Of a stretch of 64,000 nucleotides of DNA, positions 30,371 through 43,618 are shown one piece after another. This DNA is from a bacterium (GTDB lineage: Bacteria; Zhuqueibacterota; Zhuqueibacteria; Zhuqueibacterales; Zhuqueibacteraceae): contig JBIOXB010000075.1 in assembly GCA_044869275.1 (NCBI GenBank), positions 1 to 64,000 on the forward strand. Reading direction: 5' to 3'. A program made the translations under genes and the position numbers. Every line of letters begins with the position of its first letter. Within the stretch, counting starts at the first letter, position 1. The notes under the pieces are model-generated. The model ran no database searches and had not been told where the DNA came from. It worked only from the letters and a program-made list of their open reading frames with translations.

Positions 30371-31816
30371 TTATAAAGCTGAACGCGTATTACTTTTTAC
30401 CAATTCGTCTTGATTCTGCCGCATCACCTCATCCTTGATCGCCAGCAAATAATCCCGCGCCGCCTCGTGTTCGTTGGGGATGAGGCCGTCGAGAATCGCT
30501 TCCTCGATCGCGGCTTTGAGCTTGCCGACCAGCGGGCCGGGTGCCAGCTGGCAGAGCGCCATGATTTCCTCGCCGCGCACGGGCGATTGAAACGCGCGCA
30601 TGCGGTCTTTTGCTTCCACTTCCTGCAGGCGCTTCACCACAAAATCAAAATTGGCGAGATGGCGCTGCCGGCGCTTGACATTGCCGGAGGTGATGTCGCA
30701 GCGGCAAAACGCCAGCAAATCCTCCAGATCTTCCCCGGCTTGAAACAGCAAGCGGCGATAGGCCGAGTCCGTGCATTCCTCTTCGGTGAGCGCGATCGGG
30801 CGCAAATGCAAGCGCGTGAGCTTTTGCACGTATTTGGCCCAATCCATGGGCAGCTTGAGCCGGCGGAAGATATTGGGAATCATGCGGCCGCCGGCTTCTT
30901 CGTGGCCGTGAAACGTCCAGCCTTTACCCGGCTTGAACTCTTTGGTGCGCGGCTTGGCAATGTCGTGATACAAAGCCACCAGCCGCAGCGGAATCTTATC
31001 GGAAATTTCCGCGAGATTGTCGAGCACCATGAGCGTATGGTTGAACACGTCTTTGTGTTGATAGCCTTCGTATTCCTCCACGCCCTTGAGCGCTGCCACC
31101 TCGGGCAGAATGATTTCCAGCACGCCGCATTTGTCCATCAACGCAAAGCCGTAGGAAGGCCTGGGCGCGGCGATGATTTTCAGCAGCTCGTCGGTGATTC
31201 TTTCTTGTGAGATGATTTTCAAGCGCTCACGCCTCTCGCGCATGGCGGCGAAAGTTTGTGCTTCGATTTCGAACTGCAATTGCGTGGCGAAGCGAATCGC
31301 GCGCAGGAGCCGCAGGGGATCGTCATTAAAAGTCGCGGCCGGTTCCCGGGGCGTGCGCAGCAGGCGGGCTTGCAAATCCTTTTGCCCGTTGAACGGATCG
31401 ATCAGCCTGCCGAAATCTGACTTGCCGAGCGCCACGGCCATAGCGTTGATGGTGAAATCACGGCGCGCCAAATCCGCCTGCAAATCCGCAGCCTCCACTT
31501 CCGGCTTGCGCGAATCGCTGCGATAGCTTTCCCGGCGCGCGCCGACAAATTCGAGCTGCTGCTCGTCCCATTTCAACATCGCCGTGCCAAAATTGGGATA
31601 CACCACCGGTGGGGGCAAGCGCAAATGATGCGCCAGCGCTTGCGCAAAGGCGATGCCGTCGCCGACAACGACGAAATCGATCTCGCAGCGCTGCTCCGCG
31701 CGCTGCAAAAGATAATCGCGCACGAACCCGCCGACGGCATAGGCTTCGGCGCTGACCTCATCCGCCAGACGGCCTACGGCTCTAAGAATCTTGTGGTCCT
31801 GAAGAATCATTCGCAC
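30371..31816 (-). CDS. cca: CCA-adding tRNA nucleotidyltransferase / poly(A) polymerase family protein with HD domain
   Basis: VGGFVRD, EIDF, RRDFTINA, DDPLRLLRAIRF, YHDIAKP. Confidence 0.88.
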   Translation of the reverse strand: MRMILQDHKILRAVGRLADEVSAEAYAVGGFVRDYLLQRAEQRCEIDFVVVGDGIAFAQALAHHLRLPPPVVYPNFGTAMLKWDEQQLEFVGARRESYRSDSRKPEVEAADLQADLARRDFTINAMAVALGKSDFGRLIDPFNGQKDLQARLLRTPREPAATFNDDPLRLLRAIRFATQLQFEIEAQTFAAMRERRERLKIISQERITDELLKIIAAPRPSYGFALMDKCGVLEIILPEVAALKGVEEYEGYQHKDVFNHTLMVLDNLAEISDKIPLRLVALYHDIAKPRTKEFKPGKGWTFHGHEEAGGRMIPNIFRRLKLPMDWAKYVQKLTRLHLRPIALTEEECTDSAYRRLLFQAGEDLEDLLAFCRCDITSGNVKRRQRHLANFDFVVKRLQEVEAKDRMRAFQSPVRGEEIMALCQLAPGPLVGKLKAAIEEAILDGLIPNEHEAARDYLLAIKDEVMRQNQDELVKSNTRSAL

Positions 31817-31897
31817 AAATGCGTTGTGACCTGCACAAAATTTTCGAAAAGGTATCGACGAAGTCTGAGCAGGTGATCAGCCCGTTTATACGTGAAC

Positions 31898-31926
31898 AAG
31901 ATAGCCACAAATTTTCTGCACGGCAA
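31898..31926 (-). promoter_or_regulatory. sigma70-like promoter for cca
   Basis: TTGCCG-N17-TATCTT. Confidence 0.4.
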
Positions 31927-31932
31927 GCGAAA

Positions 31933-31980
31933 ACAAAATCGCCCATCGCTGTCGGTTTTACAACGATGGGCGTTTTTTTG
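31933..31980 (-). terminator. Terminator-like hairpin downstream of ppdK
   Basis: CGCCCATCG...CGATGGGCG inverted repeat with A/T tracts on both sides. Confidence 0.6.
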
Positions 31981-32030
31981 AAACCGTTGCTCGTGGATCG
32001 TCGATTGTAGATCGCAAAACTTCCGTCACG

Positions 32031-32060
32031 ATCCACTATCCACCATTCTCGATCCTCGAG
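32031..32060. repeat. 7-bp periodic array, reverse-complement-like to the array at 5701
   Basis: tccacta, tccacca, ttctcga, tcctcga. Confidence 0.5.
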
Positions 32061-32064
32061 CCTT

Positions 32065-34899
<2,835 letters not shown>

Positions 34900-34940
34900 C
34901 GAAGGCATTCTCCTATTGTGGTGATGATTCAATGAATTCG

Positions 34941-36692
34941 TTAAGGCTTCTTTGCCGCAACCGCCAAAATCTGATGGTAGCGCGCTTGATTGCGCAACAC
35001 CTTCAACGCTTCCTGAAAAACCGGATCCTCATTCAAAGTCGCTTCCACCCGCCCACGCGTGCCAAACAGTTTCGCGGCGATTTCCTTTTTCAATTCACGC
35101 GCAATGAAGTCGCTGCTGCGGGCAAAATCGTCCGTTTTTTCCGCGAGCAGCGCATTTTCAAGTGTGGTCATTTCATTCGCCAGCTTGTCGAGATAACCCT
35201 CTTCTTTGGCGATGTTTTTTAAGTCCGCTAGTACCTCTTCGCTTTCGGAGACATAGGTGAAGTTCTTTTCTTGCAGAAACTTTTTGAATTCGTTCAGCAG
35301 AGCATCATCCACTTTGAAATCGCGCGCAAGCGTGGAATGCTGGTGAGCATAAATCAAGGCGAATTGAAACATCATGGATTTGCGCAGCAGGCGGTCCTCG
35401 TAACGCGACAGGCGGGGGCTGTCGAGGCGGATATCCGGCTTGATGCCGCCGCCGCCGCGCACTTCGCGGCCGCCGCGCGTGCGATGCACGATCGTGGTAT
35501 CTTCGCTCAGGCTATTTTCGTCCAACGCACCCGGCGTGTCCACTTGGTTGCCCGGTTCTTCGCTTCCTTCTTCTTCCGCGGCGATGATGCCGTTGTCTTT
35601 GTGATGCGGCAAACGATCCGGGCGCTGAATCAAGCGGCCACTGGGGGTATAGTATTTTGCCGTGGTGATTTTGAGCGCCGCGTCCCGGGTGATGGGCACC
35701 ACCGTTTGCACCAGGCCTTTGCCAAAAGTGGGCGCCCCCACGATCACACCGCGGTCCAAATCTTGAATCGCTCCAGCGACGATTTCCGAAGCCGAGGCGC
35801 TGTACTCATTCACCAAAACAACCAACGGCACAGTGCCGGCCACCGGCTCTTTCTCGGACAGGTATTCCTTGGCGCTGCCTTCCACACGGCCCTTGGTGGA
35901 GACGACGAGATCCCCTTTCTTGACAAAATTTTCGGAAACGGAAACCGCGGCGTCCAGCAAGCCACCGGGGTTGCTGCGCAAATCCAGAATCAAACCGGTC
36001 GCACCTTTGTCTTTCAAATCGCGCACGGCTTGTTGAATCTCGTAACCGGCGTTCTTGGAAAATCCCGAGAGCTTGACGTAGCCCACACCGTCCTGCACCA
36101 GACCGGAATACGACACGTCCAGCACCGTGATTTCAGCGCGGATGAGGCGAAACTCCATGGGTTCGAGCTCGCCTTCACGCTCGATCTTGATCGTGATCGC
36201 CGTGCCGATTTCGCCGCGCAGTTTGGAGGCGACCTCGTTGATGGAAAGCTGTTGGGTGGCTTCGCCGTTGATCTCGACGATGCGATCGCCTTCGCGAATT
36301 CCGGCCTTGCCGGCGGGGTCATCTTCGAAGGGCTGCTCCACCACCGTGGGCGTGCCATCACGCAAGCCAATCTTCATCCCCAAGCCGCCGTATTTGCCAG
36401 TGGTGATGATTTGCAAATGCGAGTTGGCTTCCTGCTCGATCAACACCGTGTAGGGATCGAGTGTCTCCAGCATGCCGTTGATGCCCGCTTTCATGAAGCG
36501 GTCGGGGTCAACGGGCTGCACGTATTTCTTCGAAATCTCCTGATACACCAAACCGAAGATTTCGATGTTCTTGCGAATTTCCTGCACGTAATCGGCGCTG
36601 ACGCCCACGCCCCAATTGAGCGCCCAGCCGGCAACGGTCAGCAACGCGGCGGCGATGACGGCGACGGCCCCGGTTTTCTTATTCCAAGCCAT
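34941..36692 (-). CDS. ctpA: S41 carboxyl-terminal processing protease (PDZ)
   Basis: [32 protein letters not shown]. Confidence 0.92.
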   Translation of the reverse strand: MAWNKKTGAVAVIAAALLTVAGWALNWGVGVSADYVQEIRKNIEIFGLVYQEISKKYVQPVDPDRFMKAGINGMLETLDPYTVLIEQEANSHLQIITTGKYGGLGMKIGLRDGTPTVVEQPFEDDPAGKAGIREGDRIVEINGEATQQLSINEVASKLRGEIGTAITIKIEREGELEPMEFRLIRAEITVLDVSYSGLVQDGVGYVKLSGFSKNAGYEIQQAVRDLKDKGATGLILDLRSNPGGLLDAAVSVSENFVKKGDLVVSTKGRVEGSAKEYLSEKEPVAGTVPLVVLVNEYSASASEIVAGAIQDLDRGVIVGAPTFGKGLVQTVVPITRDAALKITTAKYYTPSGRLIQRPDRLPHHKDNGIIAAEEEGSEEPGNQVDTPGALDENSLSEDTTIVHRTRGGREVRGGGGIKPDIRLDSPRLSRYEDRLLRKSMMFQFALIYAHQHSTLARDFKVDDALLNEFKKFLQEKNFTYVSESEEVLADLKNIAKEEGYLDKLANEMTTLENALLAEKTDDFARSSDFIARELKKEIAAKLFGTRGRVEATLNEDPVFQEALKVLRNQARYHQILAVAAKKP

Positions 36693-36834
36693 GATTCATG
36701 TCTCCTTGATATTTGAGCTTCGGCCTAAAGGGTAAAGCACGAATCCTGCGGTTTTGAGAATTATCGGACGCTGAGTGTCCGCAAGCATGACCCCGCAGAG
36801 CGCGGTCACGAGAGCGAATAGATACTATTACCGT

Positions 36835-36863
36835 ATGATATGAAATTTATGGGGCTCGTGCAA
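36835..36863 (-). promoter_or_regulatory. sigma70-like promoter for ctpA
   Basis: TTGCAC-N17-TATCAT. Confidence 0.5.
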
Positions 36864-36865
36864 TG

Positions 36866-37513
36866 TCAAATCTTCAATTCCAACCGTTGCCGCACCGCCT
36901 CATTTACCCGCGCGGCAACGGCTTCGACCTCCGGCGCACCGTCGATGACCACAAATCGCTGCGGCTCCTGTTGCGCGAGCTGCAAATAGGCCGCGCGCAC
37001 ACGTTCGTAGAACTCCGCCTGCTCGCGCTCAAGACGATCTTTGGGGAGATTCGCGCGTTGCTGGCGCTGCAGCGCCACGCTCCAGGACACATCAATCAAT
37101 AATGTGAGGTGGGGCAGCAGCGCGAAAGTGGCGAAGCGGTTGACGGCGGCCACCAATTCCAGATCGAGGCCGCGGCCGAAGCCCTGATACACCGTGGTGG
37201 AATCGAGGTAGCGGTCGGTGACCACGATTTTGCCGGAGTGCAGCGCCGGCAGAATTTTTTCCGAAGTGATTTGCGCGCGTGCAGCGGAGTAGAGCAGCAA
37301 TTCCGTGCGGGCGTTCATTTCGACGTTGCGATGATCCAGCAAGATGCGGCGAATCGCTTCGGCAATTTGCACACCGCCCGGCTCGCGCAGTGGCTCGACG
37401 TTGCCGTAACCGGCTTCACGCAGGCGCGCCGCCAGGCGCCGGCACTGCTCGCTTTTCCCGGAAAAATCAAGACCTTCAAAAGAAATGAAAATGCCGCTGG
37501 CGGTGTTTTTCAT
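36866..37513 (-). CDS. tmk: Thymidylate kinase
   Basis: FEGLDFSGKS, REPGG, DRYLDS.. YQG. Confidence 0.95.
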   Translation of the reverse strand: MKNTASGIFISFEGLDFSGKSEQCRRLAARLREAGYGNVEPLREPGGVQIAEAIRRILLDHRNVEMNARTELLLYSAARAQITSEKILPALHSGKIVVTDRYLDSTTVYQGFGRGLDLELVAAVNRFATFALLPHLTLLIDVSWSVALQRQQRANLPKDRLEREQAEFYERVRAAYLQLAQQEPQRFVVIDGAPEVEAVAARVNEAVRQRLELKI

Positions 37514-37515
37514 GC

Positions 37516-38958
37516 TTAAACGGTCTTATATTTCCATTTGCCCCGGCGAAAACGCCAATAATTCGCCGCCAGGCGCACGGTTTCATCCAGCATATGCACC
37601 AGCCAAATGCCGACGAGCGTCCACACGATCGGCCATTTGAACACGAACACCACGGCCGAATTCAACCCGATGTGAAAAACGAACACGCCCGCGATGCTGA
37701 GCCACATGAGCCATTGCAAATCGCCGGCGCCGCGCAAATTGCCCATCAAAACGTTGTTGACCGCCTTCGGCACCTGCGCGAGCGCGAAAAAATAGAGCCC
37801 AAATGCGCCAACTTTGATCACTTCCGGATCCGTTGAAAACACTCGCAAGATGGTGGGGGAAAAAAAAGCCAGAAGCGCCACCACCGCCATCACGAAGGCG
37901 TACATCACCCATCCGGAAATCTCCGCCGTTTTTTCGGCGAGACGGCGTTTGTCGGCACCGAGGTTTTTGCCCATCAGCGTCATCGCGCTCATGCCGAAGC
38001 CCATGTAAATCATCGAGAGCACGGCCTGAATGCGCATGAACACTTGATGCGCCGCGAGCACGACGACGCCGAGCAGCGCGACGTAGCCGGTCACAATCAA
38101 TTGACCGAAAGCCCACACCAATTGTTCAACCGTCGTGGGCAACCCGGCCTTGAACAACCGTTTAAACGTTGCCCAATTCGGCTGCGCCAACTCACGAAAA
38201 GAAAGCATGAGCGCGGTTTTGCGGCTGCGCAGGAGATAAAACGTGGCGCAAAATCCGCAGGAGTGGGCCAGGCCGGCAGCCAAAGCCGCGCCCTGCACCT
38301 CCAGCCGCGGCAGGCCGAAATGTCCGAAGATCAGCAGCGGTGCCAGCACCAGGTTGAGCGTGTTGGTGCCAACGTTGATCATCATCGAGTACTTCGTATC
38401 GCCCACGCTGCGCACAATGCCCAACGCGAGGAAATTCGTGACAAAGAGCGGCGCAAACACGGCCAGCGTGCGCAGATACGTGACCCCCGCGCGCTCCGCC
38501 GCCATACCGCCTTCTTTGATCAGCTTGAAAAGCTGTGTGGCGCCAAAAAACCAGAACAGAGCCAGCACGATCGACATGCAAATGCCGAGCATCATGGTCT
38601 GGGAAAAAATGTGATTGGCCTCGTAGGTATCGCCGGCGCCGAGATTGCGATTGATAATCAGCGACGCGCCGACAATGAAAGTGAGCAACAGCGTCAACAT
38701 CGCGACGACGATCTGCAAGGCCATGCCCACTCCGGCAAAAGCGGCGGCGCTCAAGCGGCCGATCAAAATCGATTCGACCGTCCACATGATCGTCTGCGAG
38801 GACAAATCCACCACCGCCGGCAACGAAGTTTTCAAAATGCTCTTGAGCGGCGATAGCTGCCCGCCGCTCACGCGGCCGTTGGTCGCAGCTGTTTCCGCGT
38901 CGCTTCGTCGCGGGTCCGGCTCCGATGACGATGCAGTCGTGGGATCAGCTTGGGACAA
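37516..38958 (-). CDS. MATE-family efflux transporter
   Basis: About 12 TM helices, two MatE repeats, GD.K.. and GLP.L...GAA motifs. Confidence 0.88.
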   Translation of the reverse strand: MSQADPTTASSSEPDPRRSDAETAATNGRVSGGQLSPLKSILKTSLPAVVDLSSQTIMWTVESILIGRLSAAAFAGVGMALQIVVAMLTLLLTFIVGASLIINRNLGAGDTYEANHIFSQTMMLGICMSIVLALFWFFGATQLFKLIKEGGMAAERAGVTYLRTLAVFAPLFVTNFLALGIVRSVGDTKYSMMINVGTNTLNLVLAPLLIFGHFGLPRLEVQGAALAAGLAHSCGFCATFYLLRSRKTALMLSFRELAQPNWATFKRLFKAGLPTTVEQLVWAFGQLIVTGYVALLGVVVLAAHQVFMRIQAVLSMIYMGFGMSAMTLMGKNLGADKRRLAEKTAEISGWVMYAFVMAVVALLAFFSPTILRVFSTDPEVIKVGAFGLYFFALAQVPKAVNNVLMGNLRGAGDLQWLMWLSIAGVFVFHIGLNSAVVFVFKWPIVWTLVGIWLVHMLDETVRLAANYWRFRRGKWKYKTV

Positions 38959-39030
38959 TTCTCGATCTCCCGATCACGCGGACCTCACCTAGCGGCAAAA
39001 TCATCCCCCACCACTTTTCGAAAGCCGTGT

Positions 39031-40347
39031 TCAATCGTAATACTCCAGCCCGAGGTGGGTAATCAACTCCTCGCCGCGCAAATGACGCAGTGTATTTTTC
39101 AATTTCATGAGCTGAATGAACAAATCGTGCTCGGGATACAGACCGGGTGCCGTCAGCGGGCTTTTGAAATAGAACGAGAGCCATTCTTGCACGCCTTTCA
39201 TGCCCGCGCGCTTGGCCAGATCCATGAACAACGCGACATCGAGCACGATGGGCGCGGCCAAAATGCTGTCGCGGCAGAGAAAATCGATCTTGATCTGCAT
39301 GGGGTAGCCCATCCAGCCACAAATATCGATATTGTCCCAGCCTTCTTTATTGTCGCCGCGCGGAGGATAATAGTTGATCCGGACTTTGTGATAGAAGCCT
39401 TGATACAGAGACGGATAAAGCTCCGGCTGCAAAATGTATTCGAGCACGGAGAGCTTGCTTTCTTCTTTGGTCTTGAAAGACTCGGGATCGTCCAGCACTT
39501 CACCGTCGCGATTGCCCAGAATGTTGGTGGAGAACCAGCCCGACAGCCCGAGCATGCGCGCTTTGAGTCCGGGCGCAACCACGGTTTTCATCCAGGTCTG
39601 GCCGGTCTTGTAATCCTTGCCCGCGAGCGGCGCTTGGGTTTGTTTGGCAAGCTCCATCATCGCCGGAATATCGACGGTCAAATTCGGCGCGCCGTTGGCG
39701 AACGGCAGGCCTTCTTGCAGGGCGGCATAAGCGTAAATCATGCTCGGCGCAATCGCGGGATGATTTTCTTTCAGGCCCTTCTCAAAAGATTGGAGGGTTT
39801 GATGCACGGCCTCCGGTTGCAGGAAAATCTCCGTGCTGCCGCACCAAATCATGACCATGCGATCGAGATTGTTCCTGGCTTTGAAGGCCGCGATATCCTC
39901 GCGCACCATCTGCGCCAGATCCCATTTGGTCTTGCCTTTCTTGACGTGCGTGCCGGACAGCTTTTTGACGTAGTTTTGATCGAACACCGCCGGCCACGGC
40001 TTCACGGCTTGCAGCGCATCTTTGACGGAATCGAGATGCGCTTGCTCCAACACGCCGGCCTTTTTTGCGGCGACGTAGCAATCGTCTTCAAAAACGTCCC
40101 AGCCCCCAAACACCAGATCGTCGAGGCCGGCGAGCGGAACGAAATCCTTGATCAACGGCGTGCGTTTTTCCGTGCGCTTGCCCAGGCGCACCGTGCCCAT
40201 TTGGGTCAAGGAACCAAATGGCTGTGCGAAACCACGCTTGACCGCTTCCACGCCGGCGATGAACGTAGTGGTCACCGCGCCCATGCCGGGAGTCAAAATG
40301 CCCAGTTTGCCTTTCGGGCTTTTGATGTTGACAGACTTGCTTGACAA
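39031..40347 (-). CDS. ino1: myo-inositol-1-phosphate synthase
   Basis: WCGSTE, NGAPN, GKDYKTGQT, NILGNRDG, DNKE.WD, RDSILAAP; SD AAGGAGG before TTG. Confidence 0.93.
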   Translation of the reverse strand: MSSKSVNIKSPKGKLGILTPGMGAVTTTFIAGVEAVKRGFAQPFGSLTQMGTVRLGKRTEKRTPLIKDFVPLAGLDDLVFGGWDVFEDDCYVAAKKAGVLEQAHLDSVKDALQAVKPWPAVFDQNYVKKLSGTHVKKGKTKWDLAQMVREDIAAFKARNNLDRMVMIWCGSTEIFLQPEAVHQTLQSFEKGLKENHPAIAPSMIYAYAALQEGLPFANGAPNLTVDIPAMMELAKQTQAPLAGKDYKTGQTWMKTVVAPGLKARMLGLSGWFSTNILGNRDGEVLDDPESFKTKEESKLSVLEYILQPELYPSLYQGFYHKVRINYYPPRGDNKEGWDNIDICGWMGYPMQIKIDFLCRDSILAAPIVLDVALFMDLAKRAGMKGVQEWLSFYFKSPLTAPGLYPEHDLFIQLMKLKNTLRHLRGEELITHLGLEYYD

Positions 40348-40418
40348 TGTTGCCTCCTTGTTTCCTGAAGTTGCATAAAAGGTGATTTCAGATTTTCACG
40401 GGCGCCACCACGAACGAA

Positions 40419-41117
40419 CTACTTCTGCGGTGCTCGCAGCGGCTCGTGCTTCTTTCCATTTTCCACGGCCCACACGTGATAAAGCCGCTGAATCGCGGTG
40501 AAATTGGCGAAAACGGCGATGACCCAGATGGCGAGGTCGAGCGCGTATTCATAAAACAGCGAGGAAATCGCGCCCAGGCCGAGCAACACGATGCGTTCCG
40601 GGCGCTGCATGATGCCGACCTTGCATTCGAAATTGAGCCCTTCGGCGCGTGCGCGCACGTAACTCACCATCATCGAACCGCCGAGCGCCATGGAAACCGC
40701 GACCGAACGCCATAAGAAACCGTGATCGACAAAATGATAAGCAATGCCAAAGAACACGATCACTTCGGCATAGCGATCGAGCGTGGAGTCGTATAACGCG
40801 CCGAATTTGGTGACGCGGTTGGTGGCACGCGCCACGCGGCCGTCGATAATATCAAAAGTGCCTGCCAAGAGCACGAGCGCGCCCGCGAGCGCAATCGAGC
40901 CTTTGGCAAAAACATACGCGGTGATCACGCTCAGAATAAAACCTGCGGTGGTAAAATGGTTCGGATTGAGCTTGTGTTCGATGAAAAAATTCACCACCGG
41001 CGTGATCAGGCTCAAATACCAGTTTTTGAGCCCGTCCGGCAGCAGATTGACTTTGAGCGCCACTTGCGATCTCATGATGGCGGTGCGAAACCACTCCTTC
41101 CTTATGGGGGGCAGCAC
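40419..41117 (-). CDS. CDP-alcohol phosphatidyltransferase (PI-phosphate synthase-like)
   Basis: D..DG..AR........G...D...DR signature; PN..T; SYVRARAE; start uncertain. Confidence 0.88.
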   Translation of the reverse strand: MLPPIRKEWFRTAIMRSQVALKVNLLPDGLKNWYLSLITPVVNFFIEHKLNPNHFTTAGFILSVITAYVFAKGSIALAGALVLLAGTFDIIDGRVARATNRVTKFGALYDSTLDRYAEVIVFFGIAYHFVDHGFLWRSVAVSMALGGSMMVSYVRARAEGLNFECKVGIMQRPERIVLLGLGAISSLFYEYALDLAIWVIAVFANFTAIQRLYHVWAVENGKKHEPLRAPQK

Positions 41118-41119
41118 GA

Positions 41120-41899
41120 TCAGCGCATTTTCATCGTTTCGTCGCTGCTTCCCTCCTCCTCGGAGTTCTCCGTTGTTTGATCCGGATCTTTTCCCTCAAC
41201 GATCAGCACGCATTCTCCTTTCAGCGTGCGCGCCAATAGCGACGCCAGCAATTCTGCAACGCGCCCGCGCAAGACTTCTTCGTGCATTTTCGTCAATTCA
41301 CGCGCCAGCGCGGCGCGCCGGTCGCCGCAGTGCTCGAGAATGGCCTGCAGCGTGCGCACCACGCGATGAGGCGCTTCATACAGGATGATGGTGCGCTCTT
41401 CGTGCGCGAGCGCCGCGAAAAACTTGCGGCGTCCTTTTTTCACCGGCGGAAAGCCTTCAAACACGAAGCGATGGCACGGCAATCCGGAAATCGTGAGCGC
41501 GGGAATCAAAGCCGCAGGGCCGGGGAGCGCTTCGACTGGAATGGCGTGCGCCAGCGCTTCACGTACCAAATAAAAAGCAGGATCAGAAATGCCTGGCGAA
41601 CCGGCGTCGCTTATCAATGCCACGTTCTTTCCCTGCAGCAGATCTGCCAGCAACCGCGGCGCCGCGGCGCGCTCGTTGAAATTGTGATAACTGACCAGCG
41701 GTTTTTGAATCGCATGGCGCTGCAAGAGTATCGCCGCGTGACGCGTGTCTTCGGCGGCAATCAGGTCGACCGCGCGCAGCGTTTCCAATGCACGCAGCGT
41801 GATGTCTTGCAGATTGCCGATGGGCGTGGCCACAAGATAAAGCTTGCCAGTCAAAATCCCCTCGGCAGTGTTCAGACGCGACAATATTCCCACCCTCAA
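41120..41899 (-). CDS. rsmI: 16S rRNA (C1402-2'-O)-methyltransferase
   Basis: LYLVATPIGNL.DIT, AEDTR, SDAG.P.ISDP, RELTK.HEE; the start is probably TTG at 41854. Confidence 0.95.
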   Translation of the reverse strand: MRVGILSRLNTAEGILTGKLYLVATPIGNLQDITLRALETLRAVDLIAAEDTRHAAILLQRHAIQKPLVSYHNFNERAAAPRLLADLLQGKNVALISDAGSPGISDPAFYLVREALAHAIPVEALPGPAALIPALTISGLPCHRFVFEGFPPVKKGRRKFFAALAHEERTIILYEAPHRVVRTLQAILEHCGDRRAALARELTKMHEEVLRGRVAELLASLLARTLKGECVLIVEGKDPDQTTENSEEEGSSDETMKMR

Positions 41900-43431
41900 C
41901 GATTATCAATCTGCGCCCGCTGCAGCTTGCCGGAATAGTCCACGAACACGGTTTTGATCTCGCTGAAAAAATCGTAAACCGGCCAGCCGCCTTCGCGATG
42001 GCCGTTGCCGGTTTCTTTCACGCCGCCGAAAGGCAGATGCGCCTCGGCCCCGATCGTGGGCCCGTTGATGTAGGTAATTCCAGCTTCCAAGTCGCGCATG
42101 GCCTGGAAAGTTGAGTTGACCTCGCGCGTGTAAATCGAAGAACTCAGGCCGTACTTTGAATCATTCAGCACGCGCACGGCTTCCTCAAAATCGCGCACCT
42201 TGAGCACCGCCAGCACCGGACCAAAGACTTCTTCTTGTGCAATGCGCATGGGGGAGGATACGCCGCTGAAAATCGTTGGCGCGAAAAACGCTCCGTGCTG
42301 GCATGCGCCCGCGGTGTAAGGTTCGCCTCCAGTTTCCAGCTTCGCCCCTTCGTTTTGGGCGATCTTGACGTACTGCGCCACGCGCTCGCGCTGCTCGAAA
42401 TTGATCAAGGGACCGACCTCCGTATCCGCTGCGAGGCCGTTGCCCAGGCGCAGCTTTTCCGCGCGCTGGCGGAGCAGGTTGAGAAATCGGTCATGTATCG
42501 CCCGGTGTAGAATCAAACGGCTGGTCGCGGTGCAACGTTGTCCGGCCGTGCCGAACGCGCCCCACAACACCCCTTCGAGCGCGAGATCGAGATCGGCGTC
42601 GGGCATGACAATTTGCGCATTCTTACCGCCTAATTCCAGCGAGACGCGCTTCAAATTCTTCGAGGCGGTTGCGGAAATTTGCTTGCCCACTTCGGTCGAA
42701 CCCGTGAAAGAAATCAAGTTCACACCGTCGTGCTCGACCAGCGGCATGCCCACCGCGCTGCCGCCGCCATGCACGAGTTGAATCACTTCGGCCGGCAATC
42801 CCGCCTCGAGCAGGATTTCAACAAAACGCGTTGCGGTTGCCGGCGTGTCGCTCGCCGGCTTGAATACAACGGTGTTGCCACAAATCAGGGCAGGGAAAAT
42901 TTTCCACGTGGGAATCGCGAGCGGGAAATTCCAGGGGGTGATGATGCCCGCCACGCCGATCGGCAAACGCATGGACATGCAAAACTTGTTGGGCAACTCA
43001 GAAGGCACGGTATGGCCGAACAGCCGCCGGCCTTCACTGGCGGCATAATAGGCCGTGTCAATGCCCTCTTGCACGTCACCGCGAGTTTCGACCAGGGTTT
43101 TGCCCATCTCCTGCGTCATCAAACGCGCGATTTCTTCCTTATTTTGCGTGAGCAAATCGCCGGCGCGCTTGATGATTTCGCCGCGCCTGGGCGCGGGCGT
43201 CAAACGCCATTCCCGAAAAGCCTCGCGAGCTGAAGCCACAGCCCTGTCGAGATCAGAACGCGTAGAAGCGGGAAAACTTCCGAGCACTTCGTCCCAATGC
43301 GCGGGATTGTGATTTTCGAAGCGCTCGCCGGAAGAAGACGCACACCATGCACCGGCAATGTAATTTTGGAACTCGCGGCTCAAATAAATTCCACTTGGTT
43401 TATTCCAGTCATCCTTCCGGCCAAAATGCAC
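41896..43431 (-). CDS. NAD-dependent aldehyde dehydrogenase
   Basis: PWNFP, FTGS, ELGGKN, GQRCT, EEVFGP. Confidence 0.93.
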   Translation of the reverse strand: MHFGRKDDWNKPSGIYLSREFQNYIAGAWCASSSGERFENHNPAHWDEVLGSFPASTRSDLDRAVASAREAFREWRLTPAPRRGEIIKRAGDLLTQNKEEIARLMTQEMGKTLVETRGDVQEGIDTAYYAASEGRRLFGHTVPSELPNKFCMSMRLPIGVAGIITPWNFPLAIPTWKIFPALICGNTVVFKPASDTPATATRFVEILLEAGLPAEVIQLVHGGGSAVGMPLVEHDGVNLISFTGSTEVGKQISATASKNLKRVSLELGGKNAQIVMPDADLDLALEGVLWGAFGTAGQRCTATSRLILHRAIHDRFLNLLRQRAEKLRLGNGLAADTEVGPLINFEQRERVAQYVKIAQNEGAKLETGGEPYTAGACQHGAFFAPTIFSGVSSPMRIAQEEVFGPVLAVLKVRDFEEAVRVLNDSKYGLSSSIYTREVNSTFQAMRDLEAGITYINGPTIGAEAHLPFGGVKETGNGHREGGWPVYDFFSEIKTVFVDYSGKLQRAQIDNR

Positions 43432-43514
43432 GACTTTGGCACACGCGGAGCTAGCCGCTCAAACCGGTTTCGCGTCGATCTAATCGAAACGAAACCTCCA
43501 CTCGACAAAGTTAA

Positions 43515-43543
43515 ATGATAGGAAAGAATTGCGCAAAAGTCAA
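43515..43543 (-). promoter_or_regulatory. sigma70-like promoter for the ALDH-rsmI-CDP-AP-ino1 run
   Basis: TTGACT-N17-TATCAT. Confidence 0.55.
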
Positions 43544-43618
43544 GAATGGGGAAGAAACTGGGAGAGTTTGGAATTGGCATTAAACCCAGTCGAAAGCCGT
43601 GCTCTATATACTTGTATT

